64,000 nt of DNA from Trypanosoma brucei (taxonomy: Eukaryota), in assembly GCA_000002445.1 (NCBI GenBank), contig CM000208.1, positions 3,168,001 through 3,232,000 on the forward strand, given 5' to 3'. The first letter of the stretch is position 1. Every line of letters starts with the position of its first letter. Of this stretch, positions 11,421 through 22,206 are shown piece after piece. A program made the position numbers and the translations under genes. The notes under the pieces are model-generated. The model saw only the letters and a program-made list of their open reading frames with translations, had not been told where the DNA came from and made no database searches.

Positions 11421-11434
11421 ATATATATATATAT
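11421..11434. repeat. (AT)n microsatellite
   Basis: atatatatatatat lies in the intergenic gap between the two RPB5 paralogs. Confidence 0.9.
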
Positions 11435-11510
11435 TTGTGGTTTCGTTAAGGGCTTGTGCCAGAACGAAACAGTCGCAGCCGTGGAAAGCACAAAGGATAC
11501 CGCGTGACCC

Positions 11511-12170
11511 CTACACTACCTGTCGGTACGTAACGTAGAAACCGGCCGATACGCTCTTCCGCTCGATTCGTACGACACGACCGCGCTCCAGCCCCAAGTA
11601 AGCTGCCACAGGATCAGTTGAGAGAATACGTGGTAGCATGTTTAGCTCCAATGAATGAGCCTCAAGCATCTCCTTGACCTCCTCGTCCTCTAGCTGTGTA
11701 TGTTTGGGTACCAATTCGTGATGAGTGATATTCACCACAAGGTCATCCTCGTCGAACAGCTGAACCTTTTGACCAGTGCCGCTACGGTTGATGCAATCCA
11801 CATAACGCTTAACTGTAGCATTTACCTTCCCATGTGTTACGATGATTACGCGTTCGCAATTCGCATCCATTGCTGTTTGGCAGTACCCCTTCATCCCCTC
11901 CATTCCTAGTTCAGAAGCAAAGAACACCATGGCCCGACTGCGGTGCGTGCCACCGACACGTTCACACGGTACCGTCATGCGCTCACGGTAAATCCTCCTC
12001 CCCTCTCTGTCTACATATTGCTCACAGAACTGTCCAACCGTCTCCGGGATGATGCTGCTCGGGACTTGATACTTCCGGTCCCTCATCATCTCCCCCACCG
12101 TCCTCATCACCCGAAACATACGATCATAGACAAGCTCCTCTTGGCCGATGGCGTAGCTTTCACTGCTCAT
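11511..12170 (-). CDS. RPB5: DNA-directed RNA polymerase subunit RPB5 (ABC27), canonical-length paralog (219 aa)
   Basis: Similarity runs across the full length: RMFRVMRTVGEMMRDRKYQV at the N-terminus, and the C-terminus ITHHELVPKHTQLEDEEVKEMLEAHSLELNMLPRILSTDPVAAYLGLERGRVVRIERKSVSAGFYVTYRQVV matches the RPB5 C-terminal domain almost motif for motif. Confidence 0.8.
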   Translation of the reverse strand: MSSESYAIGQEELVYDRMFRVMRTVGEMMRDRKYQVPSSIIPETVGQFCEQYVDREGRRIYRERMTVPCERVGGTHRSRAMVFFASELGMEGMKGYCQTAMDANCERVIIVTHGKVNATVKRYVDCINRSGTGQKVQLFDEDDLVVNITHHELVPKHTQLEDEEVKEMLEAHSLELNMLPRILSTDPVAAYLGLERGRVVRIERKSVSAGFYVTYRQVV

Positions 12171-13434
12171 TGTATGTCGTCGCTGGTTTCCCCTATCCTA
12201 CCTACAGATTGCATTAGCGTAACGAAAAGCCAACAACAGAAAATGAGACGGAAAGTCAACCAAACATCTTGTCAAAATAAAAGGCAATGATCACCACAGG
12301 ACAAAGGAGCACTCAGCTGCAAAGTACGGAAACCTGAAGGGGATAAGCAAACCAGTGAAAAGGTGCAATGAAATTGCGCTTAGCCTACCGGTAGCCCACC
12401 GTGCACACAGATAAGTAAACAAATGAACAAACACAGAAAAAGCTGTGTTATATTGACTCTATCGCTCTGGATAAGATTTCATCCCACTCTATAGGTAAAT
12501 AAAAAACGTTGCACCACGACTCTTAGGTGGGCTTACTTACACAGCCTTAAAGCAGCAGGAGGCACTCATCTGGAATAAAAAGGGGGAAAAGATCACGTGC
12601 CAGCAGAAACCTTAACATTCTGCTCGCTGCATAACACTTACAACCATGGAAGAGGGGGGATAAAAACTTAAAACCACAACACGTTTCTGCTCCCATGTGC
12701 GTACAAAGAAACAGACAGGGTGGAAGCAGGAGTGTTTGTACCAAGGTCGTTGCATCACGGAGGAAAACTACTTCCGTTGATAAATACAGAAATGAGTAAA
12801 CTTAAAAAAAAAAACAGAGAAGGACAGAAAAGGAAGAGGAAGATAGGAAAGGAGCCACATTCAAAAACAACATTCACACTGGTGCGGCTGGCTGGACACG
12901 GCACGACACCACAGAGAAATCAAAAGGGCTTCTGAGTACTAAATAAGGTTAAGAAAAGTTGTAAACTAAGGACAAAGCTAGGTTTTTAAATAATTGGCTC
13001 CCTTCCCCACGCACACAAACACACCCGTCTGCAAGTAAAAACTAAAAAAGGAGCGGGTTGAAGGCTGGCGGCGGCTACCACTGGCCCCTTCCTCCCGCCT
13101 TTTGTATTTTCCTTCAGTAAGTGCCTCTGATATGATTACATCTACTGAAATTCGGCAGGCAATTCATCACAAATCTGTAATTTTATTCGTTATGTTAGCA
13201 GCGGCTCCAGCTACTCGTCGGCGTCTGCAAATGTGAGCGAGCATTGTCGACTGCAGTCACCGGCACAAATTATTCACTGCCAAAGTATCTGTGCAGCATA
13301 CGTTAGGTCTCCAGTTCCTGACAACGACAGAGGTAGCTATTTAAATACTACAACCTCACACTACGCCCCTTTCCTTCTTCTCCACATATACCTATCAGCG
13401 GCCGGTATTTACCGCGGCTTTTCGCTGAGTCGTT

Positions 13435-16400
13435 CTATCTGCAACCGTCACTGCGTGGGATCCGATACGCGGCAATTGCTTTATTTCTTTTTCGCACCGT
13501 CACAAATACATGCGAAGCAAGTCCACTGGACAACACACTGCGAACATCCCTGATTGTGCGAACACGTTTTCCATCTACCTCCATAATAATATCACCCCGC
13601 TCAATACCGGAGGCAGAAGCTTCTGCCGTTTGCGCCTCAACGGTAAGTCGTTCAGGGGAGATAACTAGCCCTATGGGTATCCACTCCGGCATCATTGGCT
13701 CTCCTGTTTTGAGCCTGATTTCGCACGAGGGTGATTGCGAGCGGGCACCTGTGCTGCAAGGATTGGCTGAAGTGAAACGTAATTGGTTGTTCAGACTTCT
13801 AGAGCGCTGCGGGTACTTGGTCATTCCGCCACGCTGAGTCTTTTCAGGAGATGAAACACGGCCTTCGGATGATACCCTCCTCAACCTCGATCCCGCAGAC
13901 GGTGCTCGCTGATTTGCGCGACCTTGCCTTCCATACTCATCCTTTTGCTTTCCCTCCTCACTTGTTCGATTAGTTACCGGTGCGGATGCCACGGGCGTCA
14001 TTTTTCTCCCTCTCCCCCCTGTTACAACAGCAGGAGATACCATTTTCCCCTCTCTGGTCGCCGATGGATCCCTTCGAGGTACGCTTTTGGAAATGGAGCG
14101 CGGCGCTGCACCTGGCTGTGACTGGGTTCCACTGTTCCTCTTCAGTTCCTGTAACCGTGCTCGCAGATCACTCACCTGTGGTCGAGATCTCTTCTCCGCA
14201 ACCACATCCTGCGATCTATTGCTGCCTCCCGTTGTCGGTAGTCTCTGCGCTTCCCCACGGGAGGGATTCTTCAGTTGCATGTAAAGGGTCTTCGGTTGCT
14301 TAACCGCTTGGTGACCCTTCACTCGTGCATAGAACCGCCACTTGGCGAAAAAACGAAGCAGCAAAAACTTCATGACTGCACGTGTCATAACACGGACCGC
14401 AGTTTCTATGAACGGAGGAATTGAGCGCGCCGTGCTACTCCGCGGAGCAGTACGAGCACTAGGTGACCCGCCCTCGCTCCACGGCGTAAAATGCCAGCGG
14501 CGCTCCTTGTTGGACTCGCTACGAGATAGTAGAGAGGGTGAACGTGATTCAACACGTGCGAGGGTTCGTTCACTACACGGTTTCTTGGGGGGGAAACTTT
14601 CAGACGGTTGCTCACCGGCCCCTGGTATGTGGTCCTGGTACGAGCTGTAACGCGTTCCGTCCTTTCCACGCCAAGTTGTGGTAAGCTGTTGGTCCAGAGT
14701 ACGATTCGTAGCGCGTACCACTGAATGAGGGCTGCTTCGTTGAGAGGAATTAAAACTACCAATATCAGCAGAGGCTACAAGCAGTGCTGGGACGTTAATG
14801 CTGCAACTCAATGGTAGAAGTTCTGTGTCACCATAACGGTCAAGGTGAGAATTGCTTTGCCGCAGCTCGCGGACGCTGACACCTAGTTTCATAGCTACGG
14901 CTCTCAAATTCATTTCTTGTTTGACACGGCGTGATGGGGGTGTTTGACTTCGTAGGGACGGCGACATGCTAAGTGTTTCTGTGAGGGGCCCATACCGTGG
15001 GATGTGGAGCCTGGCAGACTGGGGCAGGGGCATGTCGACGTCAAACGTGGCGAGGTGCGGATTTGAAGCGATAAGCAACTCGAGCGGAACGTCGTGCAGA
15101 AGCGCGATATGGGTAAGTGTTGCGGGCTCGTTGTCTGGCGTAAGTGAATCTTCGTGAGAAGGAAGAAAAAATTCCTGCTGTTGTCGCCAATCGATACCAG
15201 CTATATCACTACACTCATCCTCTCCTTCAAGTGGATTACTACCTCCACCATCGACAAAGAGCTGAGCACTCGTGTTCGGCCCCCGTGGCGTTGCACAACA
15301 TTCCTCTTTGCTCAATAAATCATTTGGTGGTGCAGTGGTCACCACATTGTTTTCGTCGATACGATCGTGCAAACCTCCCGCTCCATGCGCAGCAGCACAG
15401 TCAAATCGGACGGCGGTCGGTTTGTCATGGTTGAGGCAACGCTTGTGAATTTTGAGCACTTGAGGGAAGTCAAATACAGCAATAAGAGCATTTATTTCAT
15501 CCTCCAATAGATAGCGGTCGTGCACCAACCCAAAAACAATACTGTTATCCTCGTGGGAAAATTCAACGTCCTTCACACACTCCCTCGATAATTCAAAAAG
15601 TGCAGTGACTTCGGACGAAAATGTCTGAATAATATCATCTTCAAATCTGCTAACTGTTATATCCCAGTCAGTACCAGAAAATGTCTTTTTGTGCCGCGTT
15701 GTGAGGAGCTGCAGGGCATCCTGTTGACTGGCGTACGGTCGCCGTTGTGGAGGTTGAGGGGGCAGTTGGGAGAGCCATTCCCGGTTAATGCTCTGCTCTT
15801 GCGGCAGAACGGAGGTTTGTTTTTTCGTTACATCGCATGATTCTTGCGGCTGTGAGGAAGAAAACAGTGAAATGGGGAGTAAATCCTCAGAGAAGCTATT
15901 TGGCTGAAGTGACGGTGAGTTACTGATGTCATCCCCCTGGTTCGGTAAGGGGCCAGCACCGTGTGCCTGCGACGCATCGTCGGCATCATGACTTTCCACC
16001 CCAAAATTCGCTACGGAATTACCGGGTGCAGCATCTGAACTAGCCAAATTCAGTCGTGCCTGAAACAGTGTCGGCCCCTCCCCGCCTGTACCAAGAACCT
16101 CACTTTCTCTCTCAGGTGGTTGCTGCGGCCACCGCACCGTGTGCCCAACAGGATCATAATGAAATGCCTCGTTAGGACTAGGTGGACCAGAAGAAGGCGC
16201 CTCCTCTTCCCTCAACGTGATTGGAAAGGTTGAAAGAGTGGACTCGTCATTTATATCGTTGTACCTCTGTAATTTATCCCCGTTCCAAATGCCGTTCCCA
16301 TGGGTATTCAGAGGGGCGTCATCTAGTTCACAGTGGCCATTATTGGCATCTTTTACGGCTGGGGAGCTGGCAAAGCCAGCACCACCAGACTCCAGTTCCT

Positions 16401-17493
16401 CCTCCAATCGAGTATATTGGGCAAGCAAGCCCGAGAACTCACATTGCCGTAGAAGCAGCTCGGCTCTGGCGTCATCTACAGAGGCAGGAAGTCGAATGTG
16501 AAACTGCACCCGCTGCACAGCACCGCTCCCACATTCTGTGCCAACGTCGAGAGCGCGTATGTTCCAAACAGAGTGGGCGTTGATGCCAAACGCCTCACCT
16601 ACATCCTTCGCAAAGATATCCTTCCACGTGCAGCGCGTTCCATCAATATCGTCAACTATCGCGTTCTCCTCGAGCAGCAGGCCCTGCCAGAGAGGTCCGC
16701 GGAATGATTTGCTAAGTACGGCAACACGGAACTTCCCTGTTGTACTACGGTAACCGTTGCTCTCTTCCTTCACTGTGCTTAATCCCTTTTCATTGCGGTG
16801 AGGCAAGTTAATTGCGCTATCTTCGTGACATATAAGATAATTTGTAACTATATGATCCTGCGTTTGTCTACAAAGTTCTGAGTGCTCCAGTAAGGGTTCC
16901 GCGGAAAACTCGTCTGAGGGCAATTTGACGGCTCGTGGAGCCACGTCCTCCCCACCTTGGGTAGAAAAGGTCAAAACGGGCGTAACAGAGAGGGTCGAGG
17001 CGACTGTAAACACCACATCTAGAAGTTCTTTTACTGCAGCGTGGGCCCGCTCCGTTATAACACGTCGCCCAGTAGAGCTATCGCCCAGTAAGCCGACGTG
17101 CTTCACACTGCCGAGCGTGGAGTTTACGCGCCGGACGCGCTCCCGCAGAAGCTGGGATTTACGCACAAACAACGCGGTATCAACTATCCTCGGTAAAGCG
17201 TAACCGTTAATGTCGTTGAATTCATTTGCAGCGTTACATTGAGGAGACTTTAAGCTTCCACCTGAAGCCGTCTCATTAATACTACACAATTGCTCTAGTA
17301 AAACTCGTGAATGTTCGCGCAACAGCATGCAAACGGCGGCAAGTTTCTTCTCCATGGGCAAATGTGGTGTTGTTGACGTCTCAGAGTCGCCCGTTTGTCC
17401 TCCCGCAGCCACAGCACGTAGATCTGCGTTTGTAAGTACCTCCTGGAGTATTTGAATAGCTTCGTTGCATGATTGATCCATTGCGCGACACAC
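13435..17493 (-). CDS. Large hypothetical protein (1352 aa), Ser/Pro-rich low-complexity middle, PDZ-like C-terminal segment
   Basis: A 4-kb uninterrupted ORF on the coding strand. The C-terminus (GLVISPERL...IERGDIIMEVDGKRVRTIRDVRSVLSSGLASHVFVTVRKRN) fits the PDZ consensus (GD.I..VNG..V....h...V.L). No other domain recognised. Confidence 0.5.
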   Translation of the reverse strand: MCRAMDQSCNEAIQILQEVLTNADLRAVAAGGQTGDSETSTTPHLPMEKKLAAVCMLLREHSRVLLEQLCSINETASGGSLKSPQCNAANEFNDINGYALPRIVDTALFVRKSQLLRERVRRVNSTLGSVKHVGLLGDSSTGRRVITERAHAAVKELLDVVFTVASTLSVTPVLTFSTQGGEDVAPRAVKLPSDEFSAEPLLEHSELCRQTQDHIVTNYLICHEDSAINLPHRNEKGLSTVKEESNGYRSTTGKFRVAVLSKSFRGPLWQGLLLEENAIVDDIDGTRCTWKDIFAKDVGEAFGINAHSVWNIRALDVGTECGSGAVQRVQFHIRLPASVDDARAELLLRQCEFSGLLAQYTRLEEELESGGAGFASSPAVKDANNGHCELDDAPLNTHGNGIWNGDKLQRYNDINDESTLSTFPITLREEEAPSSGPPSPNEAFHYDPVGHTVRWPQQPPERESEVLGTGGEGPTLFQARLNLASSDAAPGNSVANFGVESHDADDASQAHGAGPLPNQGDDISNSPSLQPNSFSEDLLPISLFSSSQPQESCDVTKKQTSVLPQEQSINREWLSQLPPQPPQRRPYASQQDALQLLTTRHKKTFSGTDWDITVSRFEDDIIQTFSSEVTALFELSRECVKDVEFSHEDNSIVFGLVHDRYLLEDEINALIAVFDFPQVLKIHKRCLNHDKPTAVRFDCAAAHGAGGLHDRIDENNVVTTAPPNDLLSKEECCATPRGPNTSAQLFVDGGGSNPLEGEDECSDIAGIDWRQQQEFFLPSHEDSLTPDNEPATLTHIALLHDVPLELLIASNPHLATFDVDMPLPQSARLHIPRYGPLTETLSMSPSLRSQTPPSRRVKQEMNLRAVAMKLGVSVRELRQSNSHLDRYGDTELLPLSCSINVPALLVASADIGSFNSSQRSSPHSVVRATNRTLDQQLTTTWRGKDGTRYSSYQDHIPGAGEQPSESFPPKKPCSERTLARVESRSPSLLSRSESNKERRWHFTPWSEGGSPSARTAPRSSTARSIPPFIETAVRVMTRAVMKFLLLRFFAKWRFYARVKGHQAVKQPKTLYMQLKNPSRGEAQRLPTTGGSNRSQDVVAEKRSRPQVSDLRARLQELKRNSGTQSQPGAAPRSISKSVPRRDPSATREGKMVSPAVVTGGRGRKMTPVASAPVTNRTSEEGKQKDEYGRQGRANQRAPSAGSRLRRVSSEGRVSSPEKTQRGGMTKYPQRSRSLNNQLRFTSANPCSTGARSQSPSCEIRLKTGEPMMPEWIPIGLVISPERLTVEAQTAEASASGIERGDIIMEVDGKRVRTIRDVRSVLSSGLASHVFVTVRKRNKAIAAYRIPRSDGCR

Positions 17494-17763
17494 AGAGCTT
17501 AACAGAGCGCTCTTACACTAACCTTCCTTGAAGGTTTTCGTTTAGCTATCAACAAAAGGTATACACACAAAATGAAATGAGGGGAATGATGTTCAACAGC
17601 ATATCATACAACAAATGCACTCAGCAGGGGAAAAAAAATTATGCATGTGTTAAGGAGCTCGGGGAAATGTACACACATACATATGCGTAAAAGTAAAGTC
17701 TCCACAGTAGACAACTCGTTTGAGATACCCAAAATCCAAACCAAGAACAGTTTCTTTACGCCC

Positions 17764-18075
17764 TTAATGAGTGTTAACATCCATTTTCTCCTGTTCTTGC
17801 ACGCGTAGTTGGCTCCAAGGAATTGCACCCAACTCCAGCCGCTTGCGTTCCACGAGAGCCATCACATCAGCAGGTGTCAAGCAGGCGTCATCTTTATATC
17901 GCTTCCTGTCAGCCGCCAACTCCCCGCTCTTCTTTTTGTGAGAAAGTCCGGCAAGGTGCTGTTGGGCCGTGCGGCTGTCGCTGCAGTATATATTGCAGCA
18001 AGGGCAATAATACGCACCTGTTGTGCGCCCAGAACCTTGCGCCTGAAGCATACTAAAAAATATAATATTTGACAC
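17764..18075 (-). CDS. Small U1/matrin-type C2H2 zinc-finger protein
   Basis: YYCPCCNIYCSDSRTAQQHLAGLSHKKK gives a C-x2-C...H-x5-H spacing typical of U1-like/matrin zinc fingers. The true start may be the internal Met (MLQAQ...). Confidence 0.45.
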   Translation of the reverse strand: MSNIIFFSMLQAQGSGRTTGAYYCPCCNIYCSDSRTAQQHLAGLSHKKKSGELAADRKRYKDDACLTPADVMALVERKRLELGAIPWSQLRVQEQEKMDVNTH

Positions 18076-18852
18076 AGTCTGCGTGTTGAGTTGCAGTGTT
18101 GTTGCAGACAGTTATATTCACTTTTGATCAAAACAAAACTGACAGCCGTTGCTCTAGCCGTCACACCTGACTTAACGCGACTACCCCTTTTTTCTATATT
18201 AACTAAGCCACTTCCTGAGCCACACAGATCAGGTTGCCTATGAATAAACACATGAAAATCATTGTTCCAAAAAAAAAAAAGTGAAAGTATGGGATAAATG
18301 TCGTGCATGTGTGCCGAATCAACCGGGGAGTGAGCATCAAAGAAAGGTTATGTGCCGAAAGGAGGCAGGAAGCGCTACACTACAAACAATTCTAGGCGGA
18401 AGACACTCAACCTATCCCCGTGACACGAGTCTTTCCACAGCAATATCATCCGCCAAGGAAAAAAAAAAAGAAATTCCGCATACCTAAAAAAAAAAATGGC
18501 AAAGCGGCGGTGCGAAATAAAGGAAATGTTACAAGTAATGACACAAGAAAACGCGGTGATTACAAACTGAAAAGGTTCACACTACACCCACCTCAACCTC
18601 TTTGAACTTGTTCAGGATCGATTAAAGTGTTGCCAGCTCAACTTTCCGCATGGTTTCTCCTCCACAAAATTATTGACACTACTGCCGTTGGCAAGACACA
18701 AACACGCGCACACACGCCGCAACGGGCAGACCACTGCTCGAGGTGCAAGTGTTTTGGTACATGCGTGTGGTGGCTACGTCAACACGGAACATGCAACTGC
18801 CATGCAACGGCGTAAAGAAGAAACTGTGGTGGGATGCAAGAGGATAAGTTGT

Positions 18853-21800
18853 CTAGCCTGCGGGTGTCGAAGGCGACAGTGTTATTCCTTGGGAACGACC
18901 CTCTCTGTTTGAGGTAGTGGATATACTGTGGTCGCTCACCATAGCTCTGCTACCGTTCACAAGATTACGGTCCTTCATGGATTCCCACTGATGTGATGGC
19001 GGAGCTAACGGACTGCCCGACGAATGCAAAGAACAGCCCACACTTTGAGGACATCTCTCAAGCGACTGTGGTAGCCCTACAGGCGACATGGTCAACGTAC
19101 CTACTAAGTGCCCATATCCAGTCACATGTTTTTCCTTACTTTCTCCTTTCGGCTGGATGTGGGAACAGTTCGCAGATGGGACAACAAGAGCGGGGTATTC
19201 AGTGATATCACTGAGCAGTGATTGTTCGGTGTATTGAACTCCTTCCGTACCATCCTTGGCGTGCGATGGCAAATGTATTCCACTAATGAGCGACAAGTTG
19301 GCCGAATGGTGGGCGTGCCACTGCGAAGCGTTGCTTTGCGAAGCTTCCACAAGAGTTGCCACAGAAGGGCACCATATCAAAGGTTTGTGTAAGTCCGGCG
19401 TGCCATCTGATCGAAGTGGATTATGCTCCGTGCCCGCCTCCTCCGCTGTAGGGTTCGTTGAAGGAAGTTGTGGTGCCTGCGGTTCACAATGACGGAGGTG
19501 CTGCGTGGCAATTCCATCGCTATAAACGGTGCTCCGATCACGGCCGCCAACAGACTGGGCGCCAAAAGGAACCGCGCCAGCACAACCCACATCATGTGGA
19601 GCGCCACGCAAAACGTCGACTTCATTCCGCGGTTGTGGTAATCCCTGTGTTGTCCTGTTATTGAGTTGAGGAGTCACTGTCCTTTTGCTGGACAGAAACC
19701 CCTCCGATTGTGTCGCGGGACTTGGACCTATCTCTTTCGAGTGTGCCAGCGGGAGGTCTCCACTGGAAGCTTCACAAGAAAGCGGATGCCTCCCACTCGC
19801 AAAAGAATAGAAAACAAGGACGTGTGACTGAATCCAGCGGTAACAGTCACGCAGAATCTTCCCGACCATTTGGTTCACATTGAGAACCTGAATTGCCTCC
19901 TTCAGTTCCGAAGCGGAATGCTTGCAAAGATAGTTTTGGCACACGGTACCAATTTCAAAGGGTAACGACGAGGGGTCCGAAGAAAGAACAAGACGCAGAC
20001 AACTTCCAAAGGTACCGGTACCTAGTTTATATAAGTCACTTATGTGCTGAAGTGTGGTGCAAAGAGCTGAAAGTGCTCTGGCATATGGAGCCTTTGGCGA
20101 TTCTCCACCTTTCACAACGGCGAGCAAAGTGTGCTGAGCATTCAAAACTGCATCTTCCACCGATATCGGATACATGGCAGTAACACCACTGGGTGGTGTC
20201 GCTCCCGCTTGAATGTCGTGACTCGGTAATGACATAGGGAGCGTAGCGCCAGACGCAGTGACTATCAACCTTATTTCGTCCTCCATTCTCTTCTGTTTGT
20301 CGATTATCCCACGTAACTGAGTGTCGTCAACCTTACATTTTGCAGCCCATTCCTCTGCTGCACTCGAGTTCTGGACAAGGACAGAAATCGTCTGCCGCAT
20401 ATCCTCCACAGCCGCCCGCAAAAAAGATAATTGCTTCTCTTGCTCTCTGCTAACTTTACCCTGAGTGGACTCTGTTGACTTTACGCCTGACAAAATTTCT
20501 GCGGCTTCGGTCTTTAGCCGTAGTCCCTCCAATTCCCCATGAAGTTGGGCAACCGATGCTGATAACACGTCTAAACGAAGTTCTAATGCGTCGTCTTGTG
20601 TGGACCGCACCTCTTGTGATCGTTCGGCACGATCCTCCCTGACGCTTGGTACTAAGGTACAAGATGCTTCAGTGGAAACACGCTCCGTAGCGTGAATTAC
20701 CTCTGCACATAACTTTAACAACTCCCTCCGCACCTCATGGCACGATTCCACATCTTCTTTCCCCAGGGCAAGAAAACGTTGTTGCTGCTCCAGCAATTCA
20801 CAACTTACTGCACGATCCTCCGTTGCACGGCGCGACCATGCAGCCTCATGCTCAGCGATACAGGACCACAGGCGCTCCTCCTGTGTCCTACCTAGTTCCC
20901 GCTGTTGCGTCAAGTACCCCTGCACTTGTCGATAGAGGGATTCGTGGTGTGATTTGGCGAATTTTTCTACGGTATCACCAATAGCTAGAAGCAATGCCGA
21001 TGGCAGAGCGTTCTTTGGTGACATGTCTTTATCTTGAAACGAATCGCTTTGTTCAATAAGTGAAGCGAGCCGCTGAGAAACGTTACTTGTAATTTGTTCC
21101 ATGAAGGAGTGGTCGTTCAGCAGTACTCCAATCACCGAATCCAGTTGCGCGGTGGTGTTATCGCAAGACCTACCGCAAGCAGCTGTATCCTTACTGCCGC
21201 TCCAGTTAGACATGGTAAAAACATCCTCCTCATCACTACTACTATCAGTATCTAGCACACTGGATTCGTACATTCCGCGCCTACCCCTTTGCTTCTGTTT
21301 ACCCCGTTTTCGGGATGGAGAAACCACCATTTTGCTGTGTCGGCGAACAGTGTAGACAGTGGAAGCAGTTGAGAGGCGCCCCGCCAAGTGGACGAGAAGA
21401 GTATTCCGATATGTATTTTCATCCAGCGCTATTCGCTGCCGAGCGGTGTACTCCTGCTGCTCAAGCCGCCAGAACACCCACTGGCACTCCACTGACGGCA
21501 GCTGCCGAACTACCCTCAACACACTCTTAGCAAGAGATTCTCTACGGTGAGGTCGGGGCATTCCTTTCGAAGCAGCACCAAAACTGCAGCTGCTTCCTGC
21601 ATCAACTGTCCCTGCACCACACAATCCGGAAGAACTGTTATCATCGCTCTCAGAGGAGACAAGTGTGTTCAGATTGTTAGCGTCGTTGGTGTTATTGTCA
21701 TTTAACCGTCCTGCGCTGCGTCCTCTTTGGACCTGAGTGCCTTTAGTTCCGTCTTTCAAAAATGAGGATGATGTCCCTTTGGTTTGAGTTACCGCCCCCG

Positions 21801-22206
21801 GACAACGGGACGACCTGATATTACCTGAGTGTGTCCCCTCCATCCACACATTCTCATCCGGTTTATCATACTCCAGCCCCACCTTATCTCTGAGCTCGCA
21901 GAGTGTCTCCCACATATGCTGTACAACCCAAGGATTAACGTGCTGGACACGAGACTCCAGCTGATGAATGCGCGTCTCAACACATCTAAGGCCTCTCCGA
22001 ACCACATCAACTTCCTTCACAGTGGCGCTCGTTACCTCTTTCTGATATTGTGTGTTCAGTACTCGGCCACGGGACGTCACGGTTGTCCCTGGTGCGGTGC
22101 CGCACGGCGATGAGACAACACCGCCAGTAGCCGTAGTCGTGGCAATGCTAAGTGGCGTGTTCGTCACAATGGCACCCGCCTCCCTTGCATGCGGGGGAGT
22201 ACTCAT
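18853..22206 (-). CDS. Large hypothetical protein (1117 aa) with predicted coiled-coil/low-complexity regions
   Basis: A 3.35-kb uninterrupted ORF on the coding strand, with Glu/Leu/Arg-rich heptad-like stretches (LELRLDVLSASVAQLHGELEGLRLKTEAAE). No catalytic motif recognised. Confidence 0.5.
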   Translation of the reverse strand: MSTPPHAREAGAIVTNTPLSIATTTATGGVVSSPCGTAPGTTVTSRGRVLNTQYQKEVTSATVKEVDVVRRGLRCVETRIHQLESRVQHVNPWVVQHMWETLCELRDKVGLEYDKPDENVWMEGTHSGNIRSSRCPGAVTQTKGTSSSFLKDGTKGTQVQRGRSAGRLNDNNTNDANNLNTLVSSESDDNSSSGLCGAGTVDAGSSCSFGAASKGMPRPHRRESLAKSVLRVVRQLPSVECQWVFWRLEQQEYTARQRIALDENTYRNTLLVHLAGRLSTASTVYTVRRHSKMVVSPSRKRGKQKQRGRRGMYESSVLDTDSSSDEEDVFTMSNWSGSKDTAACGRSCDNTTAQLDSVIGVLLNDHSFMEQITSNVSQRLASLIEQSDSFQDKDMSPKNALPSALLLAIGDTVEKFAKSHHESLYRQVQGYLTQQRELGRTQEERLWSCIAEHEAAWSRRATEDRAVSCELLEQQQRFLALGKEDVESCHEVRRELLKLCAEVIHATERVSTEASCTLVPSVREDRAERSQEVRSTQDDALELRLDVLSASVAQLHGELEGLRLKTEAAEILSGVKSTESTQGKVSREQEKQLSFLRAAVEDMRQTISVLVQNSSAAEEWAAKCKVDDTQLRGIIDKQKRMEDEIRLIVTASGATLPMSLPSHDIQAGATPPSGVTAMYPISVEDAVLNAQHTLLAVVKGGESPKAPYARALSALCTTLQHISDLYKLGTGTFGSCLRLVLSSDPSSLPFEIGTVCQNYLCKHSASELKEAIQVLNVNQMVGKILRDCYRWIQSHVLVFYSFASGRHPLSCEASSGDLPLAHSKEIGPSPATQSEGFLSSKRTVTPQLNNRTTQGLPQPRNEVDVLRGAPHDVGCAGAVPFGAQSVGGRDRSTVYSDGIATQHLRHCEPQAPQLPSTNPTAEEAGTEHNPLRSDGTPDLHKPLIWCPSVATLVEASQSNASQWHAHHSANLSLISGIHLPSHAKDGTEGVQYTEQSLLSDITEYPALVVPSANCSHIQPKGESKEKHVTGYGHLVGTLTMSPVGLPQSLERCPQSVGCSLHSSGSPLAPPSHQWESMKDRNLVNGSRAMVSDHSISTTSNREGRSQGITLSPSTPAG

